From the human T2T-CHM13v2.0 reference genome, Homo sapiens, in assembly GCF_009914755.1 (NCBI RefSeq), contig NC_060939.1: DNA of 64,000 bases; one strand, given 5' to 3'. Below are positions 53,200-64,000 of this stretch, piece after piece. The translations under genes were made by a program, and so were the position numbers. The notes below the pieces were generated by a model. That model was not told the DNA's origin and did not search any database. It worked only from the letters and a program-made list of their open reading frames with translations. The first letter of the stretch is position 1. Each line of letters starts with the position of its first letter.

Positions 53200-56100
53200 A
53201 CAGTTGCATTCCTTTGGATTCCATGCTATATATATAAATTAAATTCGAGACCATTGCTTTTGAGTCCATTCTATATGATTCCATTCCATTCAAGTCCATT
53301 ACATTTGGTTCAATTCCATTCCATTCCAGTTGAAATCAATCCATTCGATTCCATTCCATTCGAGCACATTCCATTCGAGTACATTCCATTCGAGTCCATT
53401 CCATTCAATGCCATTCCATTTGATTCTATTCCATTAGTCTCCATTCAATTCCATTAATCTCCATTCCATTCCATTCTACTCTAACTGATTCCATTCCATT
53501 CTATTCCTTTCCATTCCATTTCATTCCATTCCATTCCATTTCATTCCATTCCATTCCATTCGTGTCCATTCCTCTCCATTCCATTCCATTCGTGTCCATT
53601 CCATTCCAGTCTATTCCATTTGTGTCCACTGCATTCCATTCCACTCCATTCCATATTATTCCATTACACTCCATTCCATTCTATTACTTTCATTTCCATT
53701 CAATTCCATTCCATTTGATTCCATTCCACTCGGTTTCATTCCATTTGAGTCCACTCCATTCCATTCCATTCCATTCCATTCAGTTCCATTCCATTCTGTT
53801 CCATTCCATTCCGTTCCATTACATTCCATTCCATTCGGTACCATTCCATAGTGTTCCATTCGATTCCATTAGAATCCATTCCATTCCAGTCCATTCCATT
53901 CGATTCCATTCCATTCATTTCAATTCCATTCCATTCCATTCCATTACATTCCACTTGATTCCTCTCCATTCCCTTCCACTGCATTCCGTTCGATTCCATT
54001 CAATTGCATTGCATTCCATTCCAGTGGATTGCATTCCATTCGATTCCATTCCATTCGAATCAATTACATAGCAATCCATTACATTCGAGTCTATTCTATT
54101 CCGTTCCATTCGATTTCGTTCCAATCCATTCGATTCCATTCCATTCGATTCCATTCCATACTATTGCATTCCATTCGATTACATTATATTCGAATAAGTT
54201 CCATTCAAGACCATTTCTTTTGAGTCCATTCTATTTGAGTCCATTCCCTTTGATTCCATAACATTTGAGTCCATTCAATTCCATTCCTTTCGTTTCCATT
54301 CCATTTGATGCCATTCCATTCAATTCTGTTCTACTCGACTCCAATACATTCAATTCCATTCCATCCGATTCCATTACATTCTTTTCATTTCTTATCCATT
54401 TCAAGCCATTCCACTCCATTCCATTCCACTCGTTTCCTTTCCATTCGAGTCCATTCCTCTCCAGTCCATTCCGTTCAATCCATTCCATTCCAGTCCATTC
54501 CATTCGAGTCCGTTCCATTCCAGTCCATTCCATTCGAGTCAATTCCATCCCATTCGATGTCTTTCCATAACGATCCATTCCATTCTATTCCTTTCGATTC
54601 CATTCCATTCTATTTCATTCCATTCGATTCCCTTCCATTGGAATCCTTTCCATTCGAGTGCATTCCATTCCGTTCCATTTCTTACCATTCTGTACGATTC
54701 CTACCGTTCGATTTCATTTTGTTCCAGTCCATTATTTTCGCGTCCATTCCATTCCATTTCACTCCATTCGATTCCATTCCACTCGATTCCACTTCGTTCC
54801 ATTTCATTGCATTCCATTCTATTCAACTCTATTGCCTTCCATTCCATTCCATTCGATTACATTTCATGCGATTCCATTCGAAATCGAATCAATTACATTG
54901 CAATCCATTACTATTGAGTCTACTTTATTCCAGTCCACTGCATTCTGGTCCATTCCATTTGATTCCATTCCATTCTATTGCATTCCATACAGTTGCATTC
55001 CATTGGATTCCATTCTATATCTATAAATTCAATTCGAGACCATTGCTTTTGAATCCATTCTATATGATTCCATTCCATTCAAATCCATTACATTTGGTTC
55101 AATTCCATTCCATTCCATTCCCTTCCATTCCATTCCAGTTGATATCAATCCATTCGATTCCATTCCATTCGAGCACATTCCATTCGAGTCCATTCCATTC
55201 GATGCCATTCCATTTGATTCTATTCCATTAGTCTCCATTCAATTCCATTAATCTCCATTCCATTCCATTCTACTCCAACTGATTCCATTCCATTCTATTC
55301 CTTTCCATTCCATTTCATTCCATTCCATTCCATTTCATTCCATTCCATTCCATTTCATTCCATTCCATTCCATTCGCTTCCATTCCATTCGTGTCCATTC
55401 CACTCCTGTCCATTCCATTCGTGTCCATTCCATTCCAGTCCATTCCATTTGTGTCCACTGCATTCCATTCCACTCCATTCCATATTATTCCATTACACTC
55501 CATTCCATTCTATTACTTTCATTTCCATTCAATTCCATTCCATTTGATTCCATTCCACTCGGTTTCATTCCATTTGAGTCCACTCCATTCCATTCCATTC
55601 CATTCCATTCAGTTCCATTCCATTCTGTTCCATTCCATTCCGTTCAATTGCATTCCATTCCATTCCATTCCATTCCGTTCCATTGCATTCCATTCCATTC
55701 GGTACCATTCCATATTGTTCCATTCGATTCCATTCGAATCCATTCCATTCCAGTCCATTCCATTCGATTCCATTCCATTCCTTTCAATTCCATTCCATTC
55801 CATTCCATTCCACTTGATTCCACTCCATTCCCTTCCACTGCATTCCATTCGATTCCATTCCATTGCATTGCATTCCATTCCATTGGACTGCATTCCATTC
55901 GATTCCATTCCATTCGAATCAATTACATAGCAATCCATTACATTCGAGTCTATTCTATTCCGTTCCATTCGATTTCATTCCAATCCATTCGATTCCATTC
56001 CATTCGATTCCATTCCATACTATTGCATTCCATTCTATTACATTATATTCGAATAAGTTCCATTCAGGACCATTTCTTTTGAGTCCATTCTATTTGAGTC

Positions 56101-59100
56101 CATTCCCTTTGATTCCATAACATTTGAGTCCATTCAATTCCATTCCTTTCGTTTCCATTCCATTTGATGCCATTCCACTCAATTCTGTTCTACTCGACTC
56201 CAATACATTCAATTCCATTCCATCCGATTCCATTACATTCTTTTCATTTCTTATCCATTTCAAGCCATTCCACTCCATTCCATTCCACTCGTTTCCTTTC
56301 CATTCGAGTCCATTCCTCTCCAGTCCATTCCGTTCAATCCATTCCATTCCAGTCCATTCCATTCGAGTCCGTTCCATTCCAGTCCATTCCATTCGAGTCA
56401 ATTCCATTCCATTCGATGTCTTCCATAACGATCCATTCCATTCTATTCCTTTCGATTCCATTCCATTCTATTTCATTCCATTCGATTCCCTTCCATTGGA
56501 CTCCTTTCCATTCGAGTGCATTCCATTCCGTTCCATTTCTTTCCGTTCTGTACGATTCTTACCGTTCGATTTCATTTTGTTCCAGTCCATTCCTTTCGCG
56601 TCCATTCCATTCCATTTCACTCCATTCGATTCCATTCCACTCGATTCCACTTCGTTCCATTTCATTGCATTCCATTCTATTCAACTCTATTGCCTTCCAT
56701 TCCATTCCATTCGATTACATTCCATGCGATTCCATTCGAAATCGAATCAATTACATTGCAATCCATTACTATTGAGTCCGTTTTATTCCAGTCCACTGCA
56801 TTCTGGTCCATTCCATTTGATTCCATTCCATTCTATTCCATTCCATACAGTTGCATTCCATTGGATTCCATGCTATATCTATAAATTCAATTCGAGACCA
56901 TTGCTTTTGAGTCCATTCTATATGATTCCATTCCATTCAAGTCCATTACATTTGGTTCAATTCCATTCCATTCCAGTTGATATCAATCCATTCGATTCCA
57001 TTCCATTCGAGCACATTCCATTCGAGTCCATTCCATTCGATGCCATTCCATTTGATTCTATTCCATTAGTCTCCATTCAATTCCATTAATCTCCATTCCA
57101 TTCCATTCTACTCCAACTGATTCCATTCCATTCTATTCCTTTCCATTCCATTTCATTCCATTCCATTTCATTCCATTCCATTCCATTCGTGTCCATTCCA
57201 CTCCAGTCCATTCCATTCGTGTCCATTCCATTCCAGTCCATTCCATTTGTGTCCACTGCATTCCATTCCACTCCATTCCATATTATTCCATTACACTCCA
57301 TTCCATTCTATTACTTTCATTTCCATTCAATTCCATTCCGTTTGATTCCATTCCACTCGGTTTCATTCCATTTGAGTCCACTCCATTCCATTCCAATCCA
57401 TTCCGTTCCATTCAGTTCCATTCCATTCCGATCCATTACATTCCATTCCATTCGGTACCATTCCATATTGTTCCATTCGATTCCATTCGAATCCATTCCA
57501 TTCCAGTCCATTCCATTCGATTCCATTCCATTCATTTCAATTCCATTCCATTCCATTCCATTACATTCCACTTGATTCCTCTCCATTCCCTTCCACTGCA
57601 TTCCGTTCGATTCCATTCCATTGCATTGCATTCCATTCCATTGGATTGCATTCCATTCGATTCCATTCCATTCGAATCAATTACATAGCAATCCATTACA
57701 TTCGAGTCTATTCTATTCCGTTCCATTCGATTTCGTTCCAATCCATTCGATTCCATTCCATTCGACTCCATTCCATACTATTGCATTCCATTCGATTACA
57801 TTATATTCGAATAAGTTCCATTCAAGACCATTTCTTTTGAGTCCATTCTATTTGAGTCCATTCCCTTTGATTCCATAACATTTGAGTCCATTCAATTCCA
57901 TTCCTTTCGTTCCCATTCCATTTGATGCCATTCCATTCAATTCTGTTCTACTCGACTCCAATACATTCAATTCCATTCCATCCGATTCCATTCCATTCTT
58001 TTCATTTCTTATCCATTTCAAGCCATTCCACTCCATTCCATTCCACTCGTTTCCTTTCCATTCGAGTCCATTCCTCTCCAGTCCATTCCGTTCAATCCAT
58101 TCCATTCCAGTCCATTCCATTCGAGTCCGTTCCATTCCAGTCCATTCCATTCGAGTCAATTCCATCCCATTCGATGTCTTTCCATAACGATCCATTCCAT
58201 TCTATTCCTTTCGATTCCATTCCATTCTATTTCATTCCATTCGATTCCCTTCCATTGGACTCCTTTCCATTCGAGTGCATTCCATTCCGTTCCATTTCTT
58301 TCCGTTCTGTACGATTCCTACCGTTTGATTTCATTTTGTTCCAGTCCATTCCTTTCGCGTCCATTCCATTCCATTTCACTCCATTCGATTCCATTCCACT
58401 CGATTCCACTTCGTTCCATTTCATTGCATTCCATTCTATTCAACTCTATTGCCTTCCATTCCATTCCATTCGATTACATTCCATGCGATTCCATTCGAAA
58501 TCGAATCAATTACATTGCAATCCATTACTATTGAGTCCGTTTTATTCCAGTCCACTGCATTCTGGTCCATTCCATTTGATTCCATTCCATTCTATTCCCT
58601 TCCATACAGTTGCATTCCATTGGATTCCATGCTATATCTATAAATTCAATTCGAGACCATTGCTTTTGAGTCCATTCTATATGATTCCATTCCATTCAAG
58701 TCCATTACATTTGCTTCAATTCCATTCCATTCCATTCCAGTTGATATCAATCCATTCGATTCCATTCCATTCGAGCACATTCCATTCGAGTCCATTCCAT
58801 TCGATGCCATTCCATTTGATTCTATTCCATTAGTCTCCATTCAATTCCATTAATCTCCATTCCATTCCATTCTACTCCAACTGATTCCATTCCATTCTAT
58901 TCCTTTCCATTCCATTTCATTCCATTCCATTCCATTTCATTCCATTCCATTCCATTCGTGTCCATTCCACTCCAGTCCATTCCATTTGTGTCCACTGCAT
59001 TCCATTCCACTCCATTCCATATTATTCCATTCCACTCCATTCCATTCTATTACTTTCATTTCCATTCAATTCCATTCCATTTGATTCCATTCCACTCGGT

Positions 59101-62100
59101 TTCATTCCATTTGAGTCCACTCCATTCCATTCCATTCCATTCCATTCAGTTCCATTCCATTCTGTTCCATTCCATTCCGTTCCATTACATTCCATTCCAT
59201 TCGGTACCATTCCATATTGTTCCATTCGATTCCATTCGAATCCATTCCATTCCAGTCCATTCCATTCGATTCCATTCCATTGATTTCAATTCGATTCCAT
59301 TCCATTCCATTACATTCCACTTGATTCCTCTCCATTCCCTTCCACTGCATTCCGTTCGATTCCATTCCATTGCATTGCATTCCATTCCATTGGATTGCAT
59401 TCCTTTCGATTCCATTCCATTCGAATCAATTACATAGCAATCCATTACATTCGAGTCTATTCTATTCCGTTCCATTCGATTTCGTTCCAATCCATTCGAT
59501 TCCATTCCATTCGATTCCATTCCATACTATTGCATTCCATTTGATTACATTATATTCGAATAAGTTCCATTCAAGACCATTTCTTTTGAGTCCATTCTAT
59601 TTGAGTCCATTCCCTTTGATTCCATAACATTTGAGTCCATTCAATTCCATTCCTTTCGTTTCCATTCCATTTGATGCCATTCCATTCAATTCTGTTCTAC
59701 TCGACTCCAATACATTCAATTCCATTCCATCCGATTCCATTACATTCTTTTCATTTCTTATCCATTTCAAGCCATTCCACTCCATTCCATTCCACTCGTT
59801 TCCTTTCCATTCGAGTCCATTCCTCTCCAGTCCATTCCGTTCAATCCATTCCATTCCAGTCCATTCCATTCGAGTCCGTTCCATTCCAGTCCATTCCATT
59901 CGAGTCAATTCCATTCCATTCGATGTCTTTCCATAACGATCCATTCCATTCTATTCCTTTCGATTCCATTCCATTCTATTTCATTCCATTCGATTCCCTT
60001 CCATTGGACTCCTTTCCATTCGAGTGCATTCCATTCCGTTCCATTTCTTTCCGTTCTGTACGATTCCTACCGTTCGATTTCATTTTGTTCCAGTCCATTC
60101 CTTTCGCGTCCATTCCATTCCATTTCACTCCATTCGATTCCATTCCACTCGATTCCACTTCGTTCCATTTCATTGCATTCCATTCTATTCAACTCTATTG
60201 CCTTCCATTCCATTCCATTCGATTACATTCCATGCGATTCCATTTGATATCGAATCAATTACATTGCAATCCATTACTATTGAGTCCGTTTTATTCCTGT
60301 CCACTGCATTCTGGTCCATTCCATTTGATTCCATTCCATTCTCTTCCATTCCATACAGTTGCATTCCTTTGGATTCCATGCTATATATATAAATTAAATT
60401 CGAGACCATTGCTTTTGAGTCCATTCTATATGATTCCATTCCATTCAAGTCCATTACATTTGGTTCAATTCCATTCCATTCCAGTTGAAATCAATCCATT
60501 CGATTCCATTCCATTCGATCACATTCCATTCGAGTCCATTCCATTCGATTCTATTCCATTAGTCTCCATTCAATTCCATTAATCTCCATTCCATTCCATT
60601 CTACTCTAACTGATTCCATTCCATTCTATTCCTTTCCATTCCATTTCATTCCATTCCATTCCATTTCATTCCATTCCATTCCATTCGTGTCCATTCCTCT
60701 CCAGTCCATTCCATTCGTGTCCATTCCATTCCAGTCCATTCCATTTGTGTCCACTGCATTCCATTCCACTCCATTCCATATTATTCCATTACACTCCATT
60801 CCATTCTATTACTTTCATTTCCATTCAATTCCATTCCATTTGATTCCATTCCACTCGGTTTCATTCCATTTGAGTCCACTCCATTCCATTCCATTCCATT
60901 CCATTCAGTTCCATTCCATTCTGTTCCATTCCATTCCGTTCCATTACATTCCATTCCATTCGGTACCATTCCATAGTGTTCCATTCGATTCCATTCGAAT
61001 CCATTCCATTCCAGTCCATTCCATTCGATTCCATTCCATTCATTTCAATTCCATTCCATTCCATTCCATTCCATTCCACTTGATTCCACTCCATTCCCTT
61101 CCACTGCATTCCGTTCGATTCCATTCCATTGCATTGCATTCCATTCCATTGGATTGCATTCCATTCGATTCCATTCCATTCGAATCAATTACATAGCAAT
61201 CCATTACATTCGAGTCTATTCTATTCCGTTCCATTCGATTTCATTCCAATACATTCGATTCCATTCCATTCGATTCCATTCCATACTATTGCATTCCATT
61301 CGATTACATTATATTCGAATAAGTTCCATTCAAGACCATTTCTTTTGAGTCCATTCTATTTGAGTCCATTCCCTTTGATTCCATAACATTTGAGTCCATT
61401 CAATTCCATTCCTTTCGTTTCCATTCCATTTGATGCCATTCCATTCAATTCTGTTCTACTCGACTCCAATACATTCAATTCCATTCCATCCGATTCCATT
61501 ACATTCTTTTCATTTCTTATCCATTTCAAGCCATTCCACTCCATTCCATTCCACTCGTTTCCTTTCCATTCGAGTCCATTCCTCTCCAGTCCATTCCGTT
61601 CAATCCATTCCATTCCAGTCCATTCCATTCGAGTCCGTTCCATTCCAGTCCATTCCATTCGAGTCAATTCCATCCCATTCGATGTCTTTCCATAACGATC
61701 CATTCCATTCTATTCCTTTCGATTCCATTCCATTCTATTTCATTCCATTCGATTCCCTTCCATTGGACTCCTTTCCATTCGAGTGCATTCCATTCCGTTC
61801 CATTTCTTTCCGTTCTGTACGATTCCTACCGTTCGATTTCATTTTGTTCCAGTCCATTCCTTTCGCGTCCATTCCATTCCATTTCACTCCATTCGATTCC
61901 ATTCCACTCGATTCCACTTCGTTCCATTTCATTGCATTCCATTCTATTCAACTCTATTGCCTTCCATTCCATTCCATTCCATTACATTCCATGCGATTCC
62001 ATTCGAAATCGAATCAATTACATTGCAATCCATTACTATTGAGTCCACTTTATTCCAGTCCACTGCATTCTGGTCCATTCCATTTGATTCCATTCCATTC

Positions 62101-64000
62101 TATTGCATTCCATACAGTTGCATTCCATTGGATTCCATTCTATATCTATAAATTCAATTCGAGACCATTGCTTTTGAATCCATTCTATATGATTCCATTC
62201 CATTCAAGTCCATTACATTTGGTTCAATTCCATTCCATTCCATTCCCTTCCATTCCATTCCAGTTGATATCAATCCATTCGATTCCATTCCATTCGAGCA
62301 CATTCCATTCGAGTCCATTCCATTCGATGCCATTCCATTTGATTCTATTCCATTAGTCTCCATTCAATTCCATTAATCTCCATTCCATTCCATTCTACTC
62401 CAACTGATTCCATTCCATTCTATTCCTTTCCATTCCATTTCATTCCATTCCATTCCATTTCATTCCATTCCATTCCATTCGCTTCCATTCCATTCGTGTC
62501 CATTCCACTCCTGTCCATTCCATTCGTGTCCATTCCATTCCAGTCCATTCCATTTGTGTCCACTGCATTCCATTCCACTCCATTCCATATTATTCCATTA
62601 CACTCCATTCCATTCTATTACTTTCATTTCCATTCAATTCCATTCCATTTGATTCCATTCCACTCGGTTTCATTCCATTTGAGTCCACTCCATTCCATTC
62701 CATTCCATTCCATTCAGTTCCATTCCATTCTGTTCCATTCCATTCCGTTCCATTGCATTCCATTCCATTCGGTACCATTCCATATTGTTCCATTCGATTC
62801 CATTCGAATCCATTCCATTCCAGTCCATTCCATTCGATTCCATTCCATTCCTTTCAATTCCATTCCATTCCATTCCATTCCACTTGATTCCACTCCATTC
62901 CCTTCCACTGCATTCCATTCGATTCCATTCCATTGCATTGCATTCCATTCCATTGGACTGCATTCCATTCGATTCCATTCCATTCGAATCAATTACATAG
63001 CAATCCATTACATTCGAGTCTATTCTATTCCGTTCCATTCGATTTCCTTCCAATCCATTCGATTCCATTCCATTCGATTCCATTCCATACTATTGCATTC
63101 CATTCTATTACATTATATTCGAATAAGTTCCATTCAGGACCATTTCTTTTGAGTCCATTCTATTTGAGTCCATTCCCTTTGATTCCATAACATTTGAGTC
63201 CATTCAATTCCATTCCTTTCGTTTCCATTCCATTTGATGCCATTCCACTCAATTCTGTTCTACTCGACTCCAATACATTCAATTCCATTCCATCCGATTC
63301 CATTACATTCTTTTCATTTCTTATCCATTTCAAGCCATTCCACTCCATTCCATTCCACTCGTTTCCTTTCCATTCGAGTCCATTCCTCTCCAGTCCATTC
63401 CGTTCAATCCATTCCATTCCAGTCCATTCCATTCGAGTCCGTTCCATTCCAGTCCATTCCATTCGAGTCAATTCCATTCCATTCGATGTCTTCCATAACG
63501 ATCCATTCCATTCTATTCCTTTCGATTCCATTCCATTCTATTTCATTCCATTCGATTCCCTTCCATTGGACTCCTTTCCATTCGAGTGCATTCCATTCCG
63601 TTCCATTTCTTTCCGTTCTGTACGATTCTTACCGTTCGATTTCATTTTGTTCCAGTCCATTCCTTTCGCGTCCATTCCATTCCATTTCACTCCATTCGAT
63701 TCCATTCCACTCGATTCCACTTCGTTCCATTTCATTGCATTCCATTCTATTCAACTCTATTGCCTTCCATTCCATTCCATTCGATTACATTCCATGCGAT
63801 TCCATTCGAAATCGAATCAATTACATTGCAATCCATTACTATTGAGTCCGTTTTATTCCAGTCCACTGCATTCTGGTCCATTCCATTTGATTCCATTCCA
63901 TTCTATTCCATTCCATACAGTTGCATTCCATTGGATTCCATGCTATATCTATAAATTCAATTCGAGACCATTGCTTTTGAGTCCATTCTATATGATTCCA
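53200..64000 (+). repeat. Older, diverged duplication with ~7.07-7.16 kb (four-unit) spacing
   Basis: Shared private variants: ctatatatataaattaaatt (~53226/~60381), gttgaaatc, ctactctaactg, ttttgaatcc (~55047/~62172), cactcctgtcc, caggacc (~56065/~63135), ccactcaatt and the 1 bp deletion gatgtcttcc (~56416/~63486). The offset drifts 7155, 7125, 7070 because of later indels. Confidence 0.8.

Larger units (their letters stand above)
1..64000 (+). repeat. Human Satellite III (HSat3) tandem array, CATTC-rich strand on +; probably D15Z1 / HSat3A5 (chr15 1.8 kb KpnI family)
   Basis: Diverged CATTC pentamers (variants GATTC, GAGTC, CAGTC, TATTC, CATTG) run continuously from base 1 to 64000 with no inversion or foreign insert seen. 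Long CATTC runs dominate, rather than the short CATTCGATTC-based HSat2 periodicity. A ~1.8 kb period with one GGTACC per unit matches the classical description of D15Z1. The HSat3 call is near certain; the chr15 subfamily call is inference. Confidence 0.97.

Noticed and set aside
56124-57089. Longest ORF (321 aa)
   Set aside because: Created by a 1 bp deletion at ~56421 that fuses two artefactual frames; low-complexity product with no recognisable domain.
180-63954. Hundreds of ORFs on both strands (up to 321 aa), rich in FHSIP or MEWNG
   Set aside because: (CATTC)n lacks stop codons in all frames and translates to these 5-residue repeats. The ORFs overlap in several frames, recur every unit and are freely frameshifted or truncated between copies. 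They are not genes.
1-64000. CRISPR-like or other repeat-spacer array
   Set aside because: No unique spacers and no associated genes; the sequence between landmarks is itself repeated in every unit.
1-64000. HSat2, DYZ1 or alpha satellite assignment
   Set aside because: Long pure CATTC runs indicate HSat3 rather than HSat2. The basic period is 1.8 kb rather than the ~3.6 kb DYZ1 unit. No 171 bp monomers or CENP-B boxes were seen.
1-64000. Embedded transposon (Alu/L1), inversion or unique island
   Set aside because: Landmark spacing never exceeds 1868 bp, all extra sequence is local pentamer duplication, and no GGAAT-strand switch or poly-A tail was seen.
1-64000. A previously undescribed gene-encoded biological system
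   Set aside because: No coding, RNA-gene or mobile-element evidence; all structure seen is explained by satellite amplification and turnover.

Overview
The whole 64 kb window is one uninterrupted, single-orientation tandem array of diverged (CATTC)n/(GAATG)n pentamers, i.e. Human Satellite III (HSat3). It is organised into about 35.5 copies of a ~1.8 kb unit (modal 1804 bp, range 1749-1868 bp). Each unit carries one KpnI site, which best matches the chromosome 15 short-arm/pericentromeric D15Z1 (HSat3A5-type) array; that assignment is inferred and was not checked against a database. I find no genes, RNA genes, transposons, CRISPR arrays or unique sequence, and every ORF in the track is a translation artefact of the pentamer (FHSIP / MEWNG). 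I do not see a new gene-based system here. The real content is the layered duplication history that can be read from shared variants. The layers are: an ancient ~210 bp internal duplication inside the unit; three fixed pentamer phase breaks; a recently homogenised ~10-unit block at ~2.9-20.7 kb; nested tandem duplications of 1, 2 and 4 units with chimeric junction units; an older ~7.1 kb duplication at the right end; and small 15-75 bp slippage duplications. Breakpoints were placed by eye between diagnostic variants and are approximate.
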